A stretch of 64,000 nucleotides of DNA from Nemertoderma westbladi (taxonomy: Eukaryota; Animalia; Xenacoelomorpha), in NCBI GenBank assembly GCA_032718475.1, contig JAUCBJ010008709.1:46234-110233 (forward strand). Reading direction: 5' to 3'. Of the stretch, positions 1 through 12,852 are shown one piece after another. Below the pieces are notes generated by a model, which was given only the letters and a program-made list of their open reading frames with translations, made no database searches and was not told the origin of the DNA. Positions within the stretch are counted from its first letter, which is position 1. Each line of letters starts with the position of its first letter. Both the position numbers and the translations under genes were made by a program.

Positions 1-2
1 TC

Positions 3-497
3 CGTGGACATTCCGCTAGCCCCCGCTGCTATATCAAATGTCCTACCAAAGACGTTACCGCTATGGGAAATATGGTCATGTTTGAAACATACGCAAACAG
101 CCACATAAAGACCAAGGTTCAGAGAAACGCTCGGAATATCGCGCAGGAGATGGCGTGTGGGTATTTCTCCTTCCCGGAACGCCTCCACACGTCGGCCACG
201 CTGCCTTTCCATTACGTGGATCTGTTGCTGAGCGCCGGATTATTCGGCCCATTCGAAGTCATTAGACGCTTATACTTGTATAAAGAGGAGTTCGGTGACG
301 GAAAGTGGTTCCTAGAGGCGCGCAACACCGAGTTGGAAAGACGAACCGATATGATCCCGATGCCATCGAAAGGAAGAGCCGCCAGGAGACAAGCCGAAGC
401 GTTGCTCACGATGGATGTTGACGCTCCCCTTCCAGCTCTAGCGATCGACGAGAGTCGACGGGCGAAGAGGAGAAAGGCGTATCAGAGAAAGAAATAG
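3..497 (+). CDS. C-terminal part of an accessory zinc-knuckle ORF at the 3' end of an LTR retrotransposon (cut by the window edge); homolog of ORF 30054-31274
   Basis: The frame is open from nt 3 (RGHSASPRC..., the end of a CCHC knuckle). FETYA..T..QR..QE..GYF..LPFHY aligns by eye with FEEWA..TQQR..QE..GFF..LPFTY of the 30054 ORF. A PPT and LTR follow. Confidence 0.7.
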   Translation, partial: RGHSASPRCYIKCPTKDVTAMGNMVMFETYANSHIKTKVQRNARNIAQEMACGYFSFPERLHTSATLPFHYVDLLLSAGLFGPFEVIRRLYLYKEEFGDGKWFLEARNTELERRTDMIPMPSKGRAARRQAEALLTMDVDAPLPALAIDESRRAKRRKAYQRKK

Positions 498-662
498 TGG
501 ATCGGGATATTCCAGGAACATTTATTGAACATTTATTTTTATACATATATATATATAAACTCTAGGCCAAATTAATCAAGACTATGCAATATTAAATTTG
601 GGTTTTTTATATTGGGAATGACCTACGCAAACTCAATCTACCGATAGACCTCACGAAGGTCA

Positions 663-673
663 TTGGGGGGGAC
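663..673 (+). promoter_or_regulatory. Polypurine tract
   Basis: TTGGGGGGGAC directly before TGTT at 674. Confidence 0.7.
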
Positions 674-2191
674 TGTTCGCGGTATTTCAACTTTTCATAA
701 CGCGAGTTGAATATTTTTTGTATTTATTTAAAATGATTATTCCGATATCACTACTGGGTGCGGGACCATGGGTTTTGGGCACATTCTATGGACTGGGGGC
801 GATTTATGGGCGAATATTGGGGCGACTTACAGGGTACGGGAATAATTTCATGTTTATAAGGGCCAGGGGTGGGAGGCAAAGTTAAGCAGTATTCAGGTTA
901 GCCTGAGTACTATTAGGCCCTGGCCAACTTCCTGCTGCCCGTAGAGCTGGATTTGGTAACGCGCCAGGCCTAAAGGACAAGGACTGCCCTTAGCGGTCCC
1001 TGGCCAACAGCAGTTATTACGAGCCTGAAAAGGACATCGGAACGCCAGCTGCTTGTGTCAGGGACTTGCGACGGGAAACGACACGACAGACCCCTAGCCA
1101 AGCCGTACTGGTTCTCGATGATCGTTCCCTTCGGGGTTCGTGAGGGGTGGGACGGACACGTGAAAGGGTCTACCAACTAACAGAGGAAGGGTTTGACGAG
1201 GACTGCCCTTAGCGGTCTCTGGTCAACAGCAGTTATTACGAGCCTGAAAAGGACATCGGAACGCCGGCTGCTTGTACCAGGGATTTGCGACGGGAACCGA
1301 CGACAGACCCCTTAGCCAAGCCGTACTGGTTCTCGATGATCGTTCCCTTCGGGGTTCGTGAGGGGTGGGACGGACACGCGACGGGGTCGAAAGACAAAGG
1401 ACTGGACTCTACTGGCCTACCGACTGTTCGGAGCAGTTTCTCGGCTGCCGAAGCGACTACGAGCCTGAATAAGGACTCGGAAAGCCTAGGTGGTTGGGTC
1501 TCTGCGATGAACCGACGGACCCCTAGCCAAGCCGTACTGGTTCTCGATGATCGAACCCTTCGGGGTTCGGGAGGGGTGGGACGGACACACGAACGGGTCC
1601 ACCGACACGACAGACTCCTAGCCAAGCCGTACTGGTTCTCGATGACCGATCCCTTCGGGGTTTGAGAGGGGTGGTATGGATACACGACAGAGTCTACCGA
1701 CTGGACCGACCCTTAGCCAAGCCGTGCTGGTTCTCGATGATCGATCCCTTTGGGGTTCGGGAGGGGTGGAACGGACACGCGACAGGGTCGACCGACACCG
1801 ACACTACGGCATCAAGACTAGGACTGAGGGAAAATCTGGGGAACATTAGTTGGGCTAAAATCTGACCGAACAGTGGGTAATTAAATAATATACTGTAGGG
1901 ATTTATATTGTCGTGTATAATTATTGTGAATATTTGGTGTATATTGATTTAGGGAAGCCCAATTAATTCTCAATCAAGGTTCAGTGAGATTAGCTCAAGG
2001 TTCAACTGTAGGGAAGTTACATTAAAGCGTATATCCAACCAATGCAGCTTTTTCTCAACCGCAATCTTGCATCTAAGAAATTACTCCTTCTCCACAATCA
2101 ATATCCGGTGACTGGCCGGGACTCCGTGGTCTGTAAAGCCCCGCCTCCAGCATCGGCGTTTTTCCCACCTGGTGTCGGGATAACGGCAACA
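674..2191 (+). mobile_element. 3' LTR (~1.5 kb) of an LTR retrotransposon abutting the 46-bp satellite
   Basis: TGTT...AACA termini, preceded by a PPT and followed immediately by satellite sequence. The partner LTR is outside the window. Confidence 0.7.
981..1790 (+). repeat. Array of GC-rich stem-loop modules within the LTR (3 type A, 5 type B)
   Basis: B copies at 1088-1171, 1306-1388, 1517-1600, 1612-1695 and 1707-1790, four with a cUUCGg loop. A copies near 985-1075, 1203-1294 and 1413-1506 with CCT-GAAA-AGG (GAATA in the third). Confidence 0.85.
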
Positions 2192-5100
2192 AACATATAG
2201 ATATGCAGCTTGTAATATAACAAAGATATTATTGTACAACATATAGATATGCAGCTTGTTATATAACAAAGATATTATTGTACAACATATAGATATGCAG
2301 CTTGTAATATAACAAAGATATTATTGTACAACATATAGATATGCAGCTTTTAATATAACAAAGATATTATTGTACAACATATAGATATGCAGCTTGTAAT
2401 ATAACAAAGATATTATTGTACAACATATAGATATGCAGCTTGTAATATGACAAAGATATTATTGTACAACATATAGATATGCAGCTTGTAATATAACAAA
2501 GATATTATTGTAAAACATATAGATATGCAGCTTGTAATATAACAAAGATATTATTGTACAACATATAGATATGCAGCTTGTAATATAACAAAGATATTAT
2601 TGTACAACATATAGATATGCAGCTTGTTATATAACAAAGATATTATTGTACAACATATAGATATGCAGCTTGTAATATAATAAAGATATTATTGTACAAC
2701 ATATAGATATGCAGCTTTTAATATAACAAAAGATATTATTGTACAACATATAGATATGCAGCTTGTAATATAACAAAGATATTATTGTAAAACATATAGA
2801 TATGTAGCTTGTAATATAACAAAGATATTATTGTACAACATATAGATATGCAGCTTGTAATATAACAAAGATATTATTGTACAACATATAGATATGCAGC
2901 TTTTAATATAACAACGATATTATTGTACAACATATAGATATGCAGCTTGTAATATAACAAAGATATTATTGTACAACATATAGATATGCAGCTTTTAATA
3001 TAACAAAGATATTATTGTACAACATATAGATATGCAGCTTGTAATATAACAAAGATATTATTGTACAACATATAGATATGCAGCTTGTAACATAACAAAG
3101 ATATTATTGTGCAACATATAGATATGCAGCTTGTAATATAACAAAGATATTATTGTACAACATATAGATATGCAGCTTTTAATATAACAAAGATATTATT
3201 GTACAACATATAGATATGCAGCTTGTAATATAACAAAGATATTATTGTACAACATATAGATATGCAGCTTTTAATATAACAAAGATATTATTGTACAACA
3301 TATAGATATGCAGCTTGTAATATAACAAAGATATTATTGTACAACATATAGATATGCAGCTTGTAACATAACAAAGATATTATTGTGCAACATATAGATA
3401 TGCAGCTTGTAATATAACAAAGATATTATTGTACAACATATAGATATGCAGCTTTTAATATAACAACGATATTATTGTACAACATATAGATATGCAGCTT
3501 GTAATATAACAAAGATATTATTGTACAACATATAGATATGCAGCTTGTAATATATCAAAGATATTATTGTACAACATATAGATATGCAGCTTGTAATATA
3601 ACAAAGATATTATTGTACAACATATAGATATGCAGCTTGTAATATAACAAAGATATTATTGTACAACATATAGATATGCAGCTTGTAATATAACAAAGAT
3701 ATTATTGTACAACATAGATATGCAGCTTGTAATATGACAAAGATATTATTGTACAACATATAGATATGCAGCTTGTAATATAACAAAGATATTATTGTAA
3801 AACATATAGATATGCAGCTTGTAATATAACAAAGATATTATTGTACAACATATAGATATGCAGCTTGTAATATAACAAAGATATTATTGTACAACATATA
3901 GATATGCAGCTTGTTATATAACAAAGATTTTATTGTACAACATATAGATATGCAGCTTGTAATATAATAAAGATATTATTGTACAACATATAGATATTCA
4001 GCTTTTAATATAACAAAAGATATTATTGTACAACATATAGATATGCAGCTTGTAATATAACAAAGATATTATTGTAAAACATATAGATATGCAGCTTGTA
4101 ATATAACAAAGATATTATTGTACAACATATAGATATGCAGCTTGTAATATAACAAAGATATTATTGTACAACATATAGATATGCAGCTTTTAATATAACA
4201 ACGATATTATTGTACAACATATAGATATGCAGCTTGTAATATAACAAAGATATTATTGTACAACATATAGATATGCAGCTTTTAATATAACAAAGATACT
4301 ATTGTACAACATATAGATATGCAGCTTGTAATATAACAAAGATATTATTGTACAACATATAGATATGCAGCTTGTAACATAACAAAGATATTATTGTGCA
4401 ACATATAGATATGCAGCTTGTAATATAACAAAGATATTATTGTACAACATATAGAAATGCAGCTTTTAATATAACAACGATATTATTGTACAACATATAG
4501 ATATGCAGCTTGTAATATAACAAAGATATTATTGTACAACATATAGATATGCAGCTTTTAATATAACAAAGATCTTATTGTACAACATATAGATATGCAG
4601 CTTGTAATATAACAAAGATATTATTGTACAACATATAGATATGCAGCTTATAATATAACAAAGATATTATTGTACAACATATAGATATGCAGCTTGTAAT
4701 ATAACAAAGATATTATTGTACAACATATAGATTTGCAGCTTGTTATATAACAAAGATATTAGTGTACAACATATAGATATGCAGCTTGTAATATAACAAA
4801 GATATTATTGTACAACATATAGATATGCAGCTTGTAATATAACAAAGATATTATTGTACAACATATAGATATGCAGCTTGTAATATATCAAAGATATTAT
4901 TGTACAACATATAGATATGCAGCTTGTAATATAACAAAGATATTATTGTACAACATATAGATATGCAGCTTGTAATATAACAAAGATATTATTGTACAAC
5001 ATATAGATATGCAGCTTGTAATATAACAAAGATATTATTGTACAACATAGATATGCAGCTTGTAATATAACAAAGATATTATTGTACAACATATAGATAT

Positions 5101-8006
5101 GCAGCTTGTAATATATCAAAGATATTATTGTACAACATATAGATTTGCAGCTTGTAATATAACAAAGATATTATTGTACAACATATAGATATGCAGCTTG
5201 TAATATAACAAAGATATTATTGTACAACATATAGATATGCAGCCTGTAATATATCAAAGATATTATTGTACAACATATAGATATGCAGCTTATAATATAA
5301 CAAAGATATTATTGTACAACATATAGATATGCAGCTTGTAATATAACAAATATATTATTGTACAACAAAGATATGCAGCTTGTAATATAACAAATATATT
5401 ATTGTACAACATATAAATATGCAGCTTGTAATATAACAAAGATATTATTATACAACATATAGATATGCAGCCTGTAATATATCAAAGATATTATTGTACA
5501 ACATATAGATATGCAGCTTGTAATATAACAAAGATATTATTGTACAACATATAGATATGCAACTTGTAATATAACAAAGATATTATTGTACAACATATAG
5601 ATATGCAGCTTGTAATATAACAAAGATATTATTGTACAACATATAGATATGCAGCTTGTAATATAACAAAGATATTATTGTACAACATATAGATATGCAG
5701 CTTGTAATATAACAAAGATATTATTGTACAACATATAGATATGCAGCTTGTAATATAACAAAGATATTATTGTACAACATATAGATATGCAGCCTGTAAT
5801 ATATCAAAGATATTATTGTACAACATATAGATATGCAGCTTGTAATATAACAAAGATATTATTGTACAACATATAGATATGCAGCTTGTAATATAACAAA
5901 GATATTATTGTACAACATATAGATATGCAGCCTGTAATATAACAAATATATTATTGTACAACATATAGATATGCAGCTTGTAATATAACAAAGATATTAT
6001 TGTACAACATATAGATATGCAGCCTGTAATATATCAAAGATATTATTGTACAACATATAGATATGCAGCTTGTAATATAACAAAGATATTATTGTACAAC
6101 ATATAGATATGCAGCTTGTAATATAACAAAGATATTATTGTACAACATATAGATATGCAGCTTGTAATATAACAAAGATATTATTGTACAACATATAGAT
6201 ATGCAGCTTGTAATATAACAAAGATATTATTGTACAACATATAGATATGCAGCTTGTAATATAACAAAGATATTATTGTACAACATATAGATATGCAGCT
6301 TGTAATATAACAAAGATATTATTGTACAACATATAGATATGCAGCTTGTAATATAACAAAGATATTATTGTACAACATATAGATATGCAGCTTGTAATAT
6401 AACAAAGATATTATTGTACAACATATAGATATGCAGCCTGTAATATATCAAAGGTATTATTGTACAACATATAGATATGCAGCTTGTAATATAACAAAGA
6501 TATTATTGTACAACATATAGATGTGCAGCTTGTTATATAACAAAGATATTATTGTACAACATATAGATATGCAGCTTGTAATATAACAAAGATATTATTG
6601 TAAAACATATAGATATGCAGCTTGTAATATAACAAAGATATTATTGTACAACATATAGATATGCAGCTTGTAATATAACAAAGATATTATTGTACAACAT
6701 ATAGATATGCAGCTTGTTATATAACAAAGATATTATTGTACAACATATAGATATGCAGCTTGTAATATAACAAAGATATTATTGTACAACATATAGATAT
6801 GCAGCTTTTAATATAACAAAGATATTATTGTTAAACATATAGATATGCAGCTTGTAATATAACAAAGATATTATTGTACAACATATAGATATGCAGCTTG
6901 TAATATAACAAAGATATTATTGTACAACATATAGATATGCAGCTTGTTATATAACAAAGATATTATTGTACAACATATAGATATGCAGCTTGTAATATAA
7001 CAAAGATATTTTTGTACAACATATAGATATGCAGCTTTTAATATAACAAAGATATTATTGTACAACATATAGATATGCAGCTTGTAATATAACAAAGATA
7101 TTATTGTACAACATATAGATATGCAGCTTGTAATATAACAAAGATATTATTGTACAACATATAGATATGAGCTTGTAATATAACAAAGATATTATTGTAC
7201 AACATATAGATATGCAGCTTTTAATATAACAACGATATTATTGTACAACATATCGATATGCAGCTTGCAATATAACAAAGATATTATTGTACAACATATA
7301 GATATGCAGCTTTTAATATAACAAAGATATTATTGTACAACATATAGATATGCAGCTTGTAATATAACAAAGATATTATTGTACAACATATAGATATGCA
7401 GCTTGTAATATAACAAAGATATTATTGTACAACATATAGATATGCAGCTTGTAATATAACAAAGATATTATTGTACAACATATAGATATGCAGCCTGTAA
7501 TATAACAAAGATATTATTGTACAACATATAGATATGAGCTTGTAATATAACAAAGATATTATAGTACAACATATAGATATGCAGCTTGTAATATAACAAA
7601 GATATTATTGTACAACATATAGATATGCAGCTTTTAATATAACAACGATATTATACAACATATATATATGCAGCTTGTAATATAACAAAGATATTATTGT
7701 ACAACATATAGATATGCAGCTTGTAATATAACAAAGATATTATTGTACAACATATAGATTTGCAGCTTGTAATATAACAAAGATATTATTGTACAACATA
7801 TAGATATGCAGCTTGTAATATAACAAAGATATTATTGTACAACATATAGATATGCAGCTTATAATATAACAAAGATATTATTTTACAACATATAGATATG
7901 CAGCTTATAATATAACAAAGATATTATTGTACAACATATAGATATGCAGCTTGTTATATAACAAAGATATTATTGTACATCATATAGATATGCAGCCTGT
8001 AATATA
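2192..8006. repeat. 46-bp satellite array (~126 monomers)
   Basis: Monomer AACATATAGATATGCAGCTTGTAATATAACAAAGATATTATTGTAC repeated head to tail with few variants. Confidence 0.98.
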
Positions 8007-8016
8007 TGTGAAAGAT

Positions 8017-10755
8017 TCATACAAGTGTCTGGTCGAGATTCTGGTGAGACGTCTGGCGTAATGTCAGGTCTAGCGTCCAGGTCATTAGATTTCGTCCGCC
8101 TTGTTTCCTCTTGACCTTGGCGTTGGCTTTCGCTTTAGATTTGACAACTGTGTCGATTTTTATCTCGGCACCCTCTGGTATGGTATTGGTTGTCGCGTCG
8201 AATAACGGTGGCCATTCGTCTGATGGTCGCTGTAGGAAATCGGGTCCTCTAAACCAAAATGATTTATTGTCCGGTTTACAAAAGTCGATCAGTAGCATCC
8301 CCAGTGATGCGATGTCAGCTAGGTTCAGCTTCCCTGGACAGTGACGCCAATCTTGTTTGAGCGACCGGTCTAGTATTTCAGCCCGTCTGTTGGCTACGAA
8401 AGTCTTGAACTCAAACGCTTCGTTGTTTATGTACCAAAGTACCAACGTCGCATCCATCCAATATGTGACCTTCAAGTTAGCCTCCAGCTCGCGTTGAACT
8501 AAACTGACAATATCGGTGGATATCGTCCCGGCTTGCAGCTCTCCATGAGGTACAGTCATATACTTGAACGGCACTGTTCTAGCCCTTGAAGTAACGAGAG
8601 ACACTTCGTAGCTGTCCAATGTCACTTGTCGTTTAAGGTATAAAGTAACCCCCAGTCCATCCTTACTAGCGTCACTGAAGCTGTGAAGCTCTAAATCGGC
8701 AGGAAAGGTGGTCTGCAAAGGAAAATATACCCTTGGTATGGTGTAGTCTTGTAGGAACGTCAGTTGGGCTTCCCAGTCCCTCCATTGCTCAGCTAACTTT
8801 TCTGGGATGGGATCGTCCCATTCCAGTCCGGCTTGCCAAATGCTGCGGAGTATGATCCTAGCATGTAGGATCACTGGACTAATGAAACACAATGGGTCAT
8901 ACAATTGACTCATGGTCGATAAGCAAGTTATCTTAGTGAGAGGTCTAGTCTGGTCGTTGGACCTTACACGTACCCTAAAATTGTCGGTGTTAGGGTCCCA
9001 ACTAAGTCCTAATACTTTGGTCGTAGGTAGAGGTTCTAGGTCTAAGTCCAAGTCACCTCCACTGCGATCGGTCGGGTCAAATGAGTTCACTAGTTCGGGT
9101 TCGTTGGAAGCGAACTTCAAAAGGCGGAATCCGCCCTCAGCGAGACAATCCTGGAGTTGGTGTGCTACGGTCATAGCGCACTCCAAAGTGTCACAACTCT
9201 TGAGGCCGTCATCCACGTAGAAATCTCGTTCCACTGTCCGAGCTACTTCTGTGTCAAATTGGTCTTGTCTGTCTAATGCGGTTTGCTTTAAGGCGTACAT
9301 GGTGCAGTTGGGGCTGTCCCTGGCTCCGAAAACTCTTACCTGCATTTGGTAAGTTTTTGGCGGAAGTTCTAAATTTCCGTCCGGATACCAAAGAAACCTC
9401 AAGCTGTCCCTGTCCCGCTCCAAAGCCTTAACCTGGTGAAACATGGCCTCTACGTCACAGGTGAAAGCCACTTTGCGTTGTCTAAAACGCATTAGGACTC
9501 CCATGAGGTAATTATTCATATTCGGCCTGTCCATCAATTCGCTGTTCATAGACATCCCTTGGTAAAGTGCTGCGCAGTCGTTGACTACACGCACCTTGCC
9601 AGGTTTGTCCGGGTGTCGAACAAAATGATGTGGCAGGTAATATGTCTGATCTGTGGTTACCTCGGGATTTAACATCCTAATGGCGAATCCCTTTTGGAGA
9701 TACGTCTGAAGTGGCGCATTGTATTGCATATGGGCCGTCTCATCACGCAACAATCGCTGCCTTATTGATTTGAGTCGCCTCAAAGCAAGCGGATAGTTGT
9801 TAACGAGCTTAGGTTGTCCATTGCGCCACAACATGCCAACCTCGTAGTGGCCATTCGCGGTCTGGCGAATGGTATCTCTCATAATATTTAATGACCGTTT
9901 TTCCTGTTCTGACATAGCGGTCTCGTAACTACCGGGTTCTGCTGAGTCCTGTTCCAACCATCGAATGGTCCGTTCAGTCAGCAGTCGGTCAAGCGCTGCT
10001 TGCACTGCGCCATGGTCCTCGTCCACGTCTTCGTCCGCTGCGGTGGCTAGTGTCAATGTGTCTGGTAGGCTCGCAAGCCTTCCGGTGTCACTAGTCGGTG
10101 TCGAATCGTCGTGTGGCGGTTTGACAACTTCTTGATCTGTCGGTAGGCTCGCAAGCCTTCCTAGATCAATGACCGGTGTCGAAGCCTGGTGGGTGGGGTC
10201 AATGACCTTCGGATTTTTCGGTAGGCTCGCAAGCCTTCCAAAACCCTCGTTCATCGAGTCATCCACAGCAACAACCCTTTGGTCTTCAGTAGTCAATACA
10301 ACCTGGTTTACTGCAAGTAGTTGTAAGTCAGAGGTCCGTGTGGTCGTGTCCAGATCAGTTATGTCAGTATCAGTTACGTCTGCGTTTGCGATGCAAGTCT
10401 GTCGTAGTGCAGTCTGTACAATTGGACCACAGGAATGTGAAGGAAAATTATCTATCGTAGTAGTCAATGAACTACACGTACTCAAAACGTCGTCCTCCTG
10501 GTCACTTACCTCTAGTGAATGCACTGGTGCTCTAGTATACCAACCTATGGGAGTTCTACATGCGTAGGGGTTGCCCGCTGTAATAACAGATGGGCATGTC
10601 TCCCATACCTGATGTAAGTTAAACTGGTCTGTCCGCGATTGAACGATAATTAACAGGACATTCCGGTATTCCAAGGTGTCGGAAATACTTACGATCTTCC
10701 GGTGATTGCTCTGGCACAGGGCCGAGCAAGTTACTAAAGTCCTTCGTAGCTGCAA
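8017..10755 (-). pseudogene. pol: BEL/Pao pol fragment: RT and RNase H (Pao peptidase A17 region)
   Basis: YYLPHH..KVRVV, DVEAMFHQV, FYVDDGL, KVLGLSWD, LYDPL, HSFSDAS, WRHCPGKLNLAD; frameshifted relative to gag-PR. Confidence 0.92.
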
Positions 10756-12064
10756 AGGTCAAATTTCTTACCGGAAGTAATGAGCGCTCCTCCTTGCTGT
10801 GTTCCGCTTTGGAAAGAAGAGTGTCTAAGGTTAGTTTTACTCTTGTCACTGGAATCGCTCGCTTACCATGCATGCTGCTTACAGTATACTGAGCAGTCTT
10901 ACCTTGACTCATGTCCGTAACCACGTCGGCTACTTGTTCGTCGACATAACTATGCGATGACGCAGAGTCTAAGATAGCGTATATACGCTTGCTCCCTCGG
11001 GTTCCGGTAATCTTTATAGGAATCACGCTAAACCCTTTCAATTGGTTCTGTGTGAGGAGTGTTACCGATGGCTGTTCCTCCCCGCATGCACGTAAAAGGT
11101 GTCGTCTTCCTCCTCGTCCTCGTCCGATGATTCCGATTGATCCATACAGTCTGTGTAGAAAGTACGAATCTCGCGCACGCTCTTTATAAAGCACGTCGCA
11201 TCTAGCCGCTTTATCTAGATACTCTCGTCGAAAGCGTTTGGTCGGAGTATGACTGTTCGTGTGAAGTAACGTGTCATGGTTACGTCCACACAGAGGACAT
11301 GTATCATCGCTCGGGCAATCCTTCCGGACGTGTCCAGGCTTTGTACATCTCCAATAAGAATCCAAAGATCGAATTTGGAGTCTCCTCTCTTCAACTCCCA
11401 ACTCCCTAAATGCGCGACATCCACAAATATTATGTACGCTATGGTTTCTGCCGTTCCTTTCGCAATATGAGCATCCCGCAAAGTCTGCCGGCAACTGTTG
11501 TCGTGGCTGCTTGGTGCCGATAGGCGTCAGAACTTTAGAAGTCTCAGTTGGGGTGGCATAGGTAATGGCTTTCGCGTTTGTCGGCAATGGTTTGGTCTGA
11601 GTCGGCGCAGCAATAGTTATCCCTTCTGCCGCTATATGGTGATCAGTATAGTTCGATCGAGTCTCTACTACGGCCTCCCGCGAAATCAGTTGGTAGACGT
11701 CGGTGAGTTTCAGTAGTCCGCCAGCCTCTTCACTCTGATACTCGATGCGTCGCCATTCTCGTGGTAATCGATGATGAAGTCGACCGATTATTCGAATGAG
11801 AACTGTCGGTGCGTTAGCGTATTCGAGTTGTCCAATGGACCATAAAGTCCCTATAGCGTTTTTTATTTCGTCCGCGAGACGTAAAAGATCGATCGGTTTC
11901 AAAATACTTCCTCCTCTACAGAGGTCTTCAATAATGGATTTAGCCATGGCGATGTTGCCGCCGTAAATCGAATATAGACGGTCGTACACCAACTCAAAGG
12001 CATCTGGAACACCGATGAAGGTTTCCGCTAATCGTTTCGGCTCACCAGACAAAACTTGGAGCAA
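10619..12064 (-). pseudogene. gag: BEL/Pao gag C-terminus and aspartic protease
   Basis: CSYC..H..C, (Y)WRCTKPGHVRKDC and CPLCGRNHDTLLH boxes; YAILDSASSHSYV protease motif. Confidence 0.88.
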
Positions 12065-12852
12065 GTAATTAAACTTCTCCGTCGAGGTGAAAGCACACTT
12101 AGCGATCTGGGACTCTACATAGTCTACCAGTGTACGCCAGTGTTACGTGTTGCCAGAGAACTTCGGCAGTTGTTGTGCCGGTAATCCGTGTCTAGCCGCA
12201 AACTTCGCAATCTCGCTAACCAAATCCAACTGTCCGCGTCCCTGTTCGGTTGCGTCGTCCAGTCATTCCCTTCCGCGCGTTGTCCGTCGGTAGGAAATAT
12301 TAACGGGATCTTCTTCTCGATGGTTCGGAGTCTGTCTAGTCTCTGTTCTCTCCTTAGTGGTCGATGTTGTCTAGGTTGTTCCCACTCCACGCTGGTTCGT
12401 GATCGATCCGACGGTTGCGCTTCGAGTCGCTCTTCGAGTTGAGCTAGTCGGTCCGTTACAGGTCGTATTATTTCGGCGAGTCTGTTGGTGCTGATCGCTT
12501 CCACTGGTTGCAACGTGGGTTTCTGTTGGGGTGTTTCTCATGGTGGATTGTCGATGTATGGGTTCGTCGTGTTCTCCTCCCGTTTGTAATCAGCCGCCGC
12601 TCCAGTACGGAATATTTCCCGTTCCGTCGACTCCGAGTCACTGGATGAGTTGCTGTCGTCCGGATAAGGTGGTTGGCGGGTTCGCGTATGGCGTATTACT
12701 CTTTGTCACGTTCGTTGTGGTCTGGGATCTACCGCTCTCCATCGTTGGGTAGGCTCGCAAGCCTTCCACGAAGTCGTAGTTCTCGTTAAACTTGGTTCGA
12801 TCCTGTGGGTACTCGCTTTCGTCCTTCTGGGCTCCTCCCCGAGGCGCACCCA

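Noticed and set aside
970-1865. ORFs overlapping the LTR hairpin array
   Set aside because: Open on both strands because the repeats are GC-rich; the variation pattern fits RNA pairing rather than codons.
2192-8006. CRISPR-like array (also considered for the 58-bp and 30-bp repeats)
   Set aside because: The monomers are head to tail with no unique spacers, there are no cas genes, and the context is eukaryotic.
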